This document shows, in pieces, positions 8,184-18,000 of a DNA stretch of 35,884 nucleotides. Position numbers and translations under genes: made by a program. Position 1 is the stretch's first letter, and every line of letters begins with the position of its first letter. Source of the DNA: Chthoniobacteraceae bacterium (GTDB lineage Bacteria > Verrucomicrobiota > Verrucomicrobiia > Chthoniobacterales > Chthoniobacteraceae); NCBI GenBank assembly GCA_031409335.1, contig JANNWY010000166.1:1-35884 (forward strand), read 5' to 3'. Under the pieces are notes generated by a model. The model was not told the origin of the DNA. It saw nothing but the letters and a program-made list of their open reading frames with translations, and did not search any database.

Positions 8184-9482
8184 TCATCCGGCAATCCGGA
8201 AGAGCAGGCCGGCGAAACCCGCGCCGAGCACGACGGGCACGGCGCTCCATTTCCAGCGCATCATTCCAAAAAAAGAAGCGGCGGCGATGACGGCGGCGGG
8301 CCAATCGACGGAGTGATTTGGAAAGAGGACGTGCAGGCCAAGCCAGACCGCGAGATTCAGGATCACGCCGGCGACCGCGGCGGTGACGCCGGCCAGCGCG
8401 GCGGAGAGGGATTCGTTGCCGCGCAGTCGCTCGATGTGCGGCGCGCCAAGGAAAATCCAGAGGAAGCACGGGATGAAAGTCGTCCACGTGGTGATGAGCG
8501 CGCCGAGCGTGGCGGCGAGCAAAGGCGGGAGCGCGCCGGGGTGATTCCACCCGCCGAGGAAGCCGACGAATTGCAGCACCATGATGAGCGGGCCGGGCGT
8601 GGTCTCGGCGAGCGCGAGTCCGTCGAGCATCTGCGGCGCGCTGAGCCAGTGATGCGTCTCGACGGCCTGCTGCGAGACGTATGGCAGCACGGCGTATGCG
8701 CCGCCGAAGGTGACCAGCGACGCTTTGCTAAAAAAAATCGCCTGGCGGAAAAGCGCGTGATCCGTGCCGAGCCACCACGCGACCAGCGCGACCGGAATCC
8801 ACCACAGCGCGAGGCACACGGTGGCTACTTTTAACGCGCGCGCGACCGAGCGATCGGCGTTCGGATTTTCTTCGGTGCCGTTCGCCGGGCTCGTGTGATG
8901 GCTGGTGGCGGGGAATTTCTCGCGCCGTATTTTTCCACCCATGAAACCGGCGGCGGCGGCGGCGGCGATGATGATCGGGAAGGGCGTCTTGAAAAAGAAG
9001 ATGGCCGTGAATGCCAGCGCCGCGATCGTCCACAGCACTTCGTTGCGGAGCGCTTTTCCGCCGATGCGAATTACCGCCGCGGCGACGATCGCAAGCACCG
9101 CGGGCTTCAATCCGTAAAACACCGCTGCGACCCACGGCACCGCGCCGAAGCTGACGTACACGAGGCTCAGCGCCCACAGGATGAACATCGACGGGATGAC
9201 AAAAAGTGCCCCGGCAACGATGCCGCCGCGCGTCTTGTGCAGCAGCCAGCCAATGTAGGTCGCCAGTTGCTGCGCCTCCGGTCCGGGCAGCAGCATGCAG
9301 AAATTGAACGCGTGGAGAAACTGCGCCTCGCTGATCCATCGCCTCTTTTCGACGAGCTCGGCGTGCATGATCGCGATCTGGCCCGCCGGTCCGCCGAAGC
9401 TGATGAAGCCCAGCTTTAGCCAAAAGCGAAACGCTTCGGCGAAAGTGGGATGCGGCGGGTCGGTCGTGATTGGCGTTTGCAC
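8184..9482 (-). CDS. chrA: Chromate efflux transporter (long-chain CHR)
   Basis: LGFISFGGPAGQIA, LPGPEAQQLA, TFGGAYAVLP and ETTPGPLIMV motifs; two homologous halves. Confidence 0.95.
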   Translation of the reverse strand: MQTPITTDPPHPTFAEAFRFWLKLGFISFGGPAGQIAIMHAELVEKRRWISEAQFLHAFNFCMLLPGPEAQQLATYIGWLLHKTRGGIVAGALFVIPSMFILWALSLVYVSFGAVPWVAAVFYGLKPAVLAIVAAAVIRIGGKALRNEVLWTIAALAFTAIFFFKTPFPIIIAAAAAAGFMGGKIRREKFPATSHHTSPANGTEENPNADRSVARALKVATVCLALWWIPVALVAWWLGTDHALFRQAIFFSKASLVTFGGAYAVLPYVSQQAVETHHWLSAPQMLDGLALAETTPGPLIMVLQFVGFLGGWNHPGALPPLLAATLGALITTWTTFIPCFLWIFLGAPHIERLRGNESLSAALAGVTAAVAGVILNLAVWLGLHVLFPNHSVDWPAAVIAAASFFGMMRWKWSAVPVVLGAGFAGLLFRIAG

Positions 9483-9583
9483 CGCTGCGTCTATAGAGCG
9501 GAGGGGCGCTTTTGCGTCGATGGATTTGTGGCGCGCACATCGGGCTGGCGGTGCTCCGGCACGCGGCGCATCCTGCGTGACCG

Positions 9584-10546
9584 ATGCGTCAGGATATTGA
9601 AGATTTCATCCTTTACCTGGCGACCGAGCGTGGGCTGTCGGACAACTATCAGCTCTCCACGCGGCTCTCGCTGGAAGGCTTCACGCTATGGCTGGAGAAG
9701 CGGCGGCTTTTGGAAAAAATCGGCGAGGCGGCGCTGGAGCAGTTGGTGCAGGCGGGGACGCCGCCGCCGCAGATGATCGTGGAGGCGCGCGAGGTGACGC
9801 TGGCGCTGATCTCGGATTATCTCGGGCACTCGAAACGGCGCGGGCTTTCGGCTTCGTCGATCAAACTCGTCGTCGTCGCGATCAAGATTCTCTTTCGCTG
9901 GCTGCAAGTGCGCGGGCGGATTCCGCGCGATGTTTCGGAGCCGATCCCGCTGCCGCGCACGGAGCGTTTTTTGCCGGAGACGATGAATGAATTGCAGGTC
10001 GATCGCCTGCTCGACGGCGTGGATCTCGATGCGCCGCGCGGCTTGCGCGACCGCGCGATGCTGGAGCTGCTCTACGCCAGCGGGCTGCGCGTTTCGGAGC
10101 TGGTGAACGCGAAACTCGAGCTGCTCGATTTGGAAAACCGGATCATTCGCGTGACCGGAAAGGGGAACAAAACGCGGCTCGTCCCAGTCGGAAAAAAAGC
10201 GTGCGACGCGATCACCGCATACCTCGATCGTGGCCGGCCGGAAAGCGTGACGAAGAAGACGGGGAGCGAGATTTTTCTGTCATCGCGCGGCGGAAAAAAA
10301 CTCACGACGGTGCGCGTGTGGCAGATCGTGAAGGAGATCGCGAAACGCGCGGGGATCGACGTGAACGTGTATCCGCATCTGCTCCGCCACAGCTTTGCCA
10401 CGCATCTCCTGAGCAATGGCGCGGACCTGCGCATCATCCAGGAAATGCTCGGGCACGCGGACATTTCGACGACGCAGATTTACACGCACGTCGATCAGCG
10501 GCGGCTGAAAAGCGTGCATCTGAAATTTCATCCGCGGGCGAAATGA
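9584..10546 (+). CDS. xerD: Site-specific tyrosine recombinase, XerD-like
   Basis: YLATERGLS, LRDRAMLELLYASGLRVSEL, GKGNKTRLVP, PHLLRHSFATHLL, ADLRIIQEMLGHADISTTQIYTHV. Confidence 0.88.
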   Translation: MRQDIEDFILYLATERGLSDNYQLSTRLSLEGFTLWLEKRRLLEKIGEAALEQLVQAGTPPPQMIVEAREVTLALISDYLGHSKRRGLSASSIKLVVVAIKILFRWLQVRGRIPRDVSEPIPLPRTERFLPETMNELQVDRLLDGVDLDAPRGLRDRAMLELLYASGLRVSELVNAKLELLDLENRIIRVTGKGNKTRLVPVGKKACDAITAYLDRGRPESVTKKTGSEIFLSSRGGKKLTTVRVWQIVKEIAKRAGIDVNVYPHLLRHSFATHLLSNGADLRIIQEMLGHADISTTQIYTHVDQRRLKSVHLKFHPRAK

Positions 10547-10557
10547 TTCGCGGAGGC

Positions 10558-11751
10558 TCAGACGTAAAACCGTTCCGGTGCGACGAGGGGCTGCGGTTCG
10601 CAGATTCGGTCCACGAGTTTTTGCCAGCTTTCGTGGCCACTGAGGATTTCGATTTCGACTCGGAGGAAAACGATCGGCACGTCTTGCGCGTCGAATTTTG
10701 CGGGGAAACGGACGGCGTCTTTTTCGGTGGTGACGGCGAAGTCGAGGTCGCGGCGGACGCAGCGTTCGTGGAACTCCTTCAACTCCTGATCGGTGAAGCG
10801 ATGGTGGTCGGCGAACTGTTTGGAAAAGACTAACTCCGCGCCGAGTTGCGTGAGCTTTTCCTCGAAGCTCTCGGGGCGCGCGATGCCGCTGATGGCGGCG
10901 ACGTATTTCCCCTGGAGCGCGGTGAGCGGCAGGCGCTCGCCGGTGAAGAGATTTTGCAGATAGAGCGCCTGGTGTGTGGTCTGGATGATCTCGGCGGTGC
11001 GGTTGTATTCGCGGATGCGTTCGATGAGTTCGACGTTGTCGGCGTCGGCGCATTTGGTGATGAAGATGTAGTTGGCGCGGCGGAGATTGGCGGGCGGTTC
11101 GCGGAGGGTGCCGCGCGGGAGCAGGTATTCGTTTCCGAATGGAGCTTGTCGGTCGATGAGGCAGATTTCGAGGCGGTGACGGAGCGCAAGGTATTGCATT
11201 CCGTCGTCGAGGATGAGGGTGTCGCAGCCGAGTTTCTGGATGGCGTAGAGCGCGGAGCGGACGCGGTCCTTGTAGGAAAGGACGACGACATCGCCGAGGC
11301 TCTTCGCGAGCATAAAGGGCTCGTCGCCGGCAAAGCGGGAATCGAGCAGAAGCGTGCGACCATCATGCACGACGCGCGGTTTGCGGCGTTCCATGCCGAG
11401 CCATTTGCGCTGGAGTCGGCGGAAGAGCGGGGGCTTTTTCGCCTTGTAGCCGCGCGAGAGGATGGCGACGCGCCGTCCGCCGTCCTGCAGGGTGCGCGCG
11501 AACATTTCGACGACGGGCGTTTTGCCGGTGCCGCCGACGGTGAGGTTGCCGATGGAGATGACCATGACGCCCGGATTGCGCTCGCGGAAAAGGCGGTGGC
11601 GGTAGAGCCAGAGTCGCGTCTGGACGATGCCGCGGAAGAGCGTGGAAAGCGCGAGCAGGAACCAGCGGAGAAGGAACGCGCGTTTGCCGTAACGACGCTC
11701 GAGGATGACGTCGATGGCGAACTGTTCAAACTCGTCGAGCTGGCGGCGCAT
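10558..11751 (-). CDS. lpxK: Tetraacyldisaccharide 4'-kinase
   Basis: [16 protein letters not shown]-loop, [30 protein letters not shown] and TTEKDAV. Confidence 0.95.
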   Translation of the reverse strand: MRRQLDEFEQFAIDVILERRYGKRAFLLRWFLLALSTLFRGIVQTRLWLYRHRLFRERNPGVMVISIGNLTVGGTGKTPVVEMFARTLQDGGRRVAILSRGYKAKKPPLFRRLQRKWLGMERRKPRVVHDGRTLLLDSRFAGDEPFMLAKSLGDVVVLSYKDRVRSALYAIQKLGCDTLILDDGMQYLALRHRLEICLIDRQAPFGNEYLLPRGTLREPPANLRRANYIFITKCADADNVELIERIREYNRTAEIIQTTHQALYLQNLFTGERLPLTALQGKYVAAISGIARPESFEEKLTQLGAELVFSKQFADHHRFTDQELKEFHERCVRRDLDFAVTTEKDAVRFPAKFDAQDVPIVFLRVEIEILSGHESWQKLVDRICEPQPLVAPERFYV

Positions 11752-11772
11752 TCAAAAAGCGGAATTTTACCG

Positions 11773-12225
11773 TCAACTCCACCTGCCGCAAAACTGCTCG
11801 ATGACCGTGCGAATGCGCTCACGCTCTTGAGCATCGTCAGAATGATCCGCCAAGTACTTTAGAAATTGTTTGTAGGCGTTCTGTTGCGGAGTCGAAAATA
11901 GCGCAAATTGTTCAACTCTATAATCGCTGAAATGGGTGAGAGAGATTGCGATAAAGGAAGGTTCGCCGAAATCGCCACACAACTCCGCAATCATGAATGC
12001 CGGCAAGTGGAATTTCATTCCCTGCTCGTCAAAAAAACTGAGGGCCACCGAGTATTGGGACAAATCGTCCGCAGCAATGCGGCTCCAGTCGTAGCACTCA
12101 TCTTCCGAGAACTTAATCCCTTCGCAACCATCCAATGCGTCCGCCTCTCTCAATCCGTGTCCACCGCCGAGTTTCACGCCAGCAAACGCTTCGCGGATTT
12201 CATTGATGAGCTCTTCGCGGGTCAT
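11773..12225 (-). CDS. Hypothetical protein, DUF6714-like
   Basis: LI.EI..AF.GV.LG.G.GL.EA..D ... LSFFD..G..F.LPAFM pattern, recalled as DUF6714. The DNA is visibly AT-richer than its neighbours. Confidence 0.65.
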   Translation of the reverse strand: MTREELINEIREAFAGVKLGGGHGLREADALDGCEGIKFSEDECYDWSRIAADDLSQYSVALSFFDEQGMKFHLPAFMIAELCGDFGEPSFIAISLTHFSDYRVEQFALFSTPQQNAYKQFLKYLADHSDDAQERERIRTVIEQFCGRWS

Positions 12226-12246
12226 GTGCAGGGGATATGTTAGTTT

Positions 12247-13086
12247 TCAAATCTGCCCCGCACCGCAGTTATCCGCCTGCGTGGCGATTCCGCGTGCGCC
12301 GGGTGGGGCGGCGGCGAGCATGGCCAGCATGACGGGCTCGGGGTCTTCGAGGGTGATGCAGCAAATCGTGGAGCCGCTGCCGCTGAGGAAACCGCCGATC
12401 GCGCCTGCGCCTTCACCAGCGGTGATGACTTTCGTGAGGAAAGGAATGAGCGCTTTTTCTCGGTACGGTTGGTGGAGGTGATCCTCGAAAGCGCCTTCGA
12501 GCAGCTCGTAATTTTGGGAGGCGAAGGCGGCGGTGATGCGGCAGGCGTTCGCGCAGGAACGGGCGGCGCCAAGGCGGTCGATGGTGTCGGGCAATGCGCG
12601 TCTCGCGTCGGGAGTGGCGATTTCGAAGTCGGGGATGAGGAGGACGAAATGGAGGTCGGGATCGACTTCAAAACGGGCGACTTCGTTTCCCCCGGCAACG
12701 GTAAAACCTCCGAACGCGGCGGGCGCGGCGTTGTCGGGGTGGCCTTCGAGTTCGGCGCAGATTTCAAACAGCGCGGTGCGGTCTAACGGCGCACCGGCGA
12801 GTTCGTTCAGGCCCGCGAGCAGGCCGAGGCGGACGGTGACGCTGCTGCCCATTCCTCGTGAACGCGGCACCTCGCCTTCGATCTGCCACGCGAATTGAAA
12901 CGGCGCGGTTTTCGCCCGCTGGAAAAAACGCGCGGCGGCGGCGGCAGGCATGGCGTCGGGAGGCGCGGCGTTTTCACGGCGGACGGTGACGCGGTTGAAA
13001 ACGCGCAGCGCCACGCCGAGCGCGTCGTAGCCGGGGCCGAGGTTCGCGGTCGTCGCGGGGACGCGGAAGGTCACTTCATTTAGCAT
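12247..13086 (-). CDS. thrB: Homoserine kinase
   Basis: VPATTANLGPGYDALG, PRSRGMGSS (GHMP), EGHPDNAAPA, DHLHQPYR and LSGSGST. Confidence 0.95.
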   Translation of the reverse strand: MLNEVTFRVPATTANLGPGYDALGVALRVFNRVTVRRENAAPPDAMPAAAAARFFQRAKTAPFQFAWQIEGEVPRSRGMGSSVTVRLGLLAGLNELAGAPLDRTALFEICAELEGHPDNAAPAAFGGFTVAGGNEVARFEVDPDLHFVLLIPDFEIATPDARRALPDTIDRLGAARSCANACRITAAFASQNYELLEGAFEDHLHQPYREKALIPFLTKVITAGEGAGAIGGFLSGSGSTICCITLEDPEPVMLAMLAAAPPGARGIATQADNCGAGQI

Positions 13087-13088
13087 TG

Positions 13089-13190
13089 AGGATTTAGGAA
13101 TTAGGATTTGCCGGTGGGCGTTGCATTCGTGTGAATGCGCGGGCGGGTTTCTTCTAAATCCTAAATTCTAAATCCTAAATCCTAATTCCC
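13089..13190. repeat. Inverted heptamer tracts (AGGATTT)x3 ... (AAATCCT)x5 flanking the thrB/rph divergent region
   Basis: AGGATTT AGGAATT AGGATTT at 13089-13109 and AAATCCT AAATTCT AAATCCT AAATCCT AATTCCC at 13156-13190. A central palindrome GCATTC-GTGT-GAATGC lies at 13123-13138. Confidence 0.85.
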
Positions 13191-13934
13191 ATGCCCCGCT
13201 CCGATGGCCGCGCGCCTGATCAAAACCGTCCGCTTTCTTTCACGCCGAATTTCGCCCCGCACTCGACCGGTTCAGTGCTGGTGGCGACGGGGGATACGCG
13301 CGTGATTTGCTCGGCGATGATCGAGGAGAGCGTGCCGCCGTGGATGAAGTATCAGAAGGTCGAGGGCGGGTGGCTCACGGCGGAGTATTCGATGCTGCCG
13401 TACTCGACTTTGCAGCGGAAGCAGCGCGATTCGGCGAAGGGGAAAGTGGACGGGCGCAGCGTGGAGATTCAGCGGCTGATCGGGCGTTCGCTGCGCGCCG
13501 TCATCGATCTCGATCTGCTCGGACCGCGCACGCTTTGCATCGATTGCGATGTGCTCCAGGCGGATGGCGGGACGCGGACGGCTTCGATCACCGGAGCGTG
13601 CGTGGCGGCAGTCATGGCGACGAATAAACTGATCGCGACCGGCCTTTTGAAAAAATCGCCAATCAAGAAACTGGTCGCGGCAGTGAGCGTGGGCGTGGTG
13701 AATGGCGAGCCGCTGCTTGATCTGAATTACGTGGAAGACCGCGACGCGAGCGTGGATATGAATCTGGTGATGACGGAGGATGGGCAGTTCGTGGAAGTGC
13801 AGGGGTCGGGCGAGGAGCAGACGTTTTCCGAGACCGAACTGGCCGCGATGCTCGCGCTCGGCAGGAAGGGGATTACGGACTTGATAAGCGGCCAGCGGGA
13901 AGCTATTAGCGCCGCCTCAAAAGTGGCCCTGTAG
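13191..13934 (+). CDS. rph: Ribonuclease PH
   Basis: GWLTAEYSMLP, GRSVEIQRLIGRSLR, DCDVLQADGGTRTASITG, DMNLVMT and EVQG. Confidence 0.97.
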   Translation: MPRSDGRAPDQNRPLSFTPNFAPHSTGSVLVATGDTRVICSAMIEESVPPWMKYQKVEGGWLTAEYSMLPYSTLQRKQRDSAKGKVDGRSVEIQRLIGRSLRAVIDLDLLGPRTLCIDCDVLQADGGTRTASITGACVAAVMATNKLIATGLLKKSPIKKLVAAVSVGVVNGEPLLDLNYVEDRDASVDMNLVMTEDGQFVEVQGSGEEQTFSETELAAMLALGRKGITDLISGQREAISAASKVAL

Positions 13935-13958
13935 CTGCTTGAGGACGTTTTCCATTCC

Positions 13959-14936
13959 ATGAAAAAAGCACTCATCACCGGCATCACCGGCCAGGACGGC
14001 TCCCATCTCGCGGACCTCCTGCTGGAAAAGGGCTATGAAGTCCACGGCATCATCCGCCGCGCCAGCACGTTCAATACATCGCGCATCGAACACCTTTACA
14101 AAGACCCGCACGTGAATGGCGTGCGGCTTTTCCTGCACTACGGCGACCTCGCCGACGCGCTGAATTTAACCCGGCTCATCGACCGCGTCGGGCCGGATGA
14201 AATCTATCATCTCGGGGCGCAAAGCCATGTGCGGGTGAGCTACGACATTCCCGAATACACCGGCGACGTGACCGGGCTCGGGACGATCCGCATCCTGGAA
14301 GCGATCCGCGAGGCGAAGGTGGCCGCGCGCTTTTACCAGGCCAGCTCGAGCGAAATGTATGGCAAGGTACAGGCCGTGCCGCAGACGGAGACGACGCCGT
14401 TCTGGCCGCGTTCGCCTTACGCGGTGGCGAAAGTTTATGCGTATTGGGCGACGGTGAATTATCGCGAAAGCTACGGGATGCACGCGAGCAACGGCATCCT
14501 ATTCAATCACGAAGGGCCGCGGCGCGGGGAGACCTTTGTGACGCGGAAAATCACGCGCGCGGTGGCGGCGATCAAGCAGGGGAAACAGAGCGAAATTTTC
14601 CTCGGGAATCTCGATGCGAAACGCGACTGGGGCTACGCGCCGGAATACGTGGAAGGCATGTGGCGCATGCTGCAGCAGCCGGAGGGCGACGACTATGTGC
14701 TGGCGACGAATGAGACGCATTCGGTGAAGGAATTCGTGATCGAGGCGTTTGCGCATGTCGGGCTCGATTGGGAAAAATACGTGAAATACGACGCCCGCTA
14801 CGAGCGTCCGGCGGAGGTGGATTTGCTGATCGGCGATCCGGCGAAGGCGAAGGCGAAGCTGGGCTGGGAGCCGCAGACGAAGTTCAAGGATCTCGTGCGC
14901 ATCATGGTCGATAGCGATCTGGCTGCGCTGGGTTGA
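13959..14936 (+). CDS. gmd: GDP-mannose 4,6-dehydratase
   Basis: [48 protein letters not shown] and [11 protein letters not shown]. Confidence 0.97.
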   Translation: MKKALITGITGQDGSHLADLLLEKGYEVHGIIRRASTFNTSRIEHLYKDPHVNGVRLFLHYGDLADALNLTRLIDRVGPDEIYHLGAQSHVRVSYDIPEYTGDVTGLGTIRILEAIREAKVAARFYQASSSEMYGKVQAVPQTETTPFWPRSPYAVAKVYAYWATVNYRESYGMHASNGILFNHEGPRRGETFVTRKITRAVAAIKQGKQSEIFLGNLDAKRDWGYAPEYVEGMWRMLQQPEGDDYVLATNETHSVKEFVIEAFAHVGLDWEKYVKYDARYERPAEVDLLIGDPAKAKAKLGWEPQTKFKDLVRIMVDSDLAALG

Positions 14937-14969
14937 GGCGGCGGGGGCCGCTCATTTCATTTACGACAT

Positions 14970-14997
14970 TTGCGAACGGGGCGGGCGGGCCTAGTAT
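14970..14997 (+). promoter_or_regulatory. Possible sigma70-type promoter for the first lamin-tail/CotH gene
   Basis: TTGCGA-N16-TAGTAT. A similar TTGCGC-N16-TATAGA with a G-rich spacer lies at 20413-20440 before the paralog. Confidence 0.35.
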
Positions 14998-15060
14998 TGG
15001 GCGCGAATCGACCGCAGCGCCTCGCCCACGCTGCGTTCCCCGTCATCCGATCCCCCAAAA

Positions 15061-18000
15061 ATGCTGAACCGTTTTCACCGTCTCGTCCTCGCCGTCTGCC
15101 TCTTCGCGACGGTCCGGCTTCACGGGCAGGTCGTCATCAACGAAATCCTGTATCGCCCTGGCACCGGCTACCCGGAAAATACCGGCCTCGAATTCATCGA
15201 GCTGCACAATCCGACCGGCGACGCGATCGACGTGGGCGGCTGGGCGCTGACGAATGGCGTGCCTTACACGATCCCGGCGGCGACGGTCATCGCGCCGGGC
15301 GGATTCCTCGTCATCGCCGCGGACCCGGCGCAGGTGCAGGCGCTCTACGGCATCGCGGGCGTGCTCGGGCCGTGGGCGGCTGGGGCGACACTTTCCGGAA
15401 GCGGGGAAACCATCGCGCTGTCGAAGCCCGACGGGCTGCCGGTCGATGAAGTGACTTACGCCTCCGAGGGCGATTGGGGGACGCGGTATCGCGAGTCGAG
15501 TTTTGGCGGATGGGATTGGCGGACTTCGGCGGATGGCGGCGGCGCTTCGGTGGAGCTGCGCAATCCTGCGGTGAGCAATGACAACGGCCAGAACTGGGCG
15601 GCTTCCATCGCGCCGCTCGGGGCGACGCCGGGCGCGGCGAATTCCGTGCTGACCGCAAACATCGCGCCGATCATTCGCGATGTGGCGCATTCTCCGGCGA
15701 TCCCGAAGTCTGCCGACAACGTGACGATCTCCTGCCAGTTGGACGACGAAACGGCGGCGGTGGGGCTCACGGCCACGCTGTTCTGGCGCGAAGCGACGAC
15801 CACGAATCCCGGCCAGTTTCAATCCGCGCCGATGACGGGCGACGGGACTGGAAATTTCGCCGCCGTGCTCGGGCCGCGCGGGCATCTCGTGATCGTCGAG
15901 TTTTACGTCGCCGCGAGCGACGGCGTGAATGCGCGCACGTGGCCCGCGCCGACGACGGAGGGGCAAAATGCGAACTGCCAGTATCAGGTCGATAACGAAG
16001 TGCTGAACGGGACGGACAGCTATTACCGGCTGATCCTGACTGGCGCGGAAAACAACGCGTTCAACACCGTCGCCACCAGCAGCAACCGCCAGTTTAACCA
16101 AACGCTGGTCGTCGCGCGCGGCGCGGACACCACGATCCGCTACCGCTGCGCGATGCGCATCCGCGGGAATAGCAGCCGCACCTATCAATTCCGCCCACTG
16201 CGCATCGTCATCCCGAACGACGATGCGTGGGACGGCGCGACGGTGTTCAATCTGAACCCGAAAAGCAGCTTCATCCAATTCCTCGGCTTGCGCGCTTTTC
16301 AATTGGCGGGCGTGCGCGCGGCGGATTCGGTCCCGGTGGAATTGCGGCGCAACGGCGTGGAATCGACGACCTCCAGCGGCTCGACGCCGGACTACGGAAA
16401 GTGGGCGCGGATCGAGGATGAAAATGGCGACCTGGTGAAGGCGCACTGGCCCGCCGCGGATGGCGGGAATCTCTACAAGAAAGTCGATAGCGGAAATGGC
16501 GCGGGGGACTTCTACTGGCGCAGCAGCCAGCCCGCGCCGGCGAATCCGACCACGCTGCTCGATGGCTGGAGCAAGCAGAACAACTCCACCGCCAACGACT
16601 GGAGCGATCTGACCGCGTTCTTCCAAGTCTGGCAGGCCGCCGCGCGACCGCACTTTCCGGGATCATCCGCGACTGATGTGTCCGGGAGCACGGGCGGGCG
16701 GCTCTTTGGCACTGGCAACTGGAACGGCACGGCGCTCACTGCCGGGGAACTCGCGAGTGTCGAGACCGTTTCGGATTTGGATCAATGGGCGCGCTGGTTT
16801 GCGGTGATGACGATCCTGCAGGATCTCGAGACGAAAATCTCCAACGGCGTGGACGATGACTACGCGGCCTATTTCATGCCGTCCGCGGGCGGGCAGCGGC
16901 GGATGCAGATCGTCGCGCATGATTTGGATACGCTGCTCGGCCTCGGCGACAATCCGCAGGCGGCCACTTACACGGGCCTCTTCGACATGACGGAGGACGG
17001 CCAGAGCAGCTACGCTTTTCGCACGCTGCTGCCGCTTTTCGGCACCGCGAGCACCGCGGGAAACGTGGCGTTTCGCACGAAGTATTTCAACGCGATCCGC
17101 GCACTTTACGGCACCGTTTTCAACGCGGACACGAACGGAAATCCGAATCCGCCGTTCCACCAATTCATCGACAATCACCTGACGGGCTGGGCTCCCGCGG
17201 CGACCCGGACGGCGATGAAAACGTTTGCGACCCAGCGCCAGGCGCACCTGCTCGGGCTCATCGGCAGCGGCCCGATCGCGCCGCCCGCGGCCACGTCGGT
17301 CGCGACGTTTTCGAGCGCGGCGGGCGCGGTGATGATCCACGAAATCCTCGCCGACAATCGCGGCGCGGTGAACGTCGCGGGCACCTTCCCGGACATCATC
17401 GAGCTGCACAACGCGGGCGGCGCGCCCGTGAATCTCGCCGGCATGAGCCTCACCGACGATCCGGCGGTGAAATCGAAATACATCTTCCCCGCCGCCACCA
17501 CGATCGCGGCGGGCGGTTACCTCATCGTGTATGCCGACACGGCTGGCGGCGCCGGTTTGCACGCGGGCTTCGCGCTCGATCAGGATGGGGAAACGCTCCA
17601 GCTCTACGGCACCGTCGGCGCGGGCCAGCCGCTCGTGGATTCCATCGCGTTTGGCGCGCAGATCGCGGATTTTTCGATCGGGCGCACAGGTCCGCTTTTG
17701 GAAACGTGGACGCTTTGCACGCCGACGATCGGCGCGGCGAATGCGGCCATCGCCGCGCTCGCCACGCCCGCCGGAATCACGATCAACGAATGGCTCGGCA
17801 ATCCCGGCTACCAATGGGACGACGACTTTCTCGAACTCCACAATCCCGCCGCGCAGCCCGTCGCGATCGGCGGCATGGTCGTGACGGACGACTTCATCAA
17901 CTACCCCGCGCTGCGCACGCTGCCGCCGCTCAGTTTCATGGCGCCCGCGTCAATCCTGCGGATGAATGCGAAAGGCTCGGGCGCGGTCCCGGGCAGCGCG

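Noticed and set aside
8184..9482. chrA as integron-borne resistance cargo
   Set aside because: It is on the wrong side of intI, has host-like composition and has no attC.
9584..10546. Second tyrosine recombinase as a prophage or island integrase
   Set aside because: The motifs are XerD-like, the neighbours are housekeeping genes, and there is no att site, tRNA or phage gene.
12226..12246. attC-like half site (minus strand ACTAAC-ATATC-CCCTGCAC) beside the DUF6714-like gene
   Set aside because: It lies upstream rather than downstream of the gene and has no complementary arm or GTT box, so it is probably chance.
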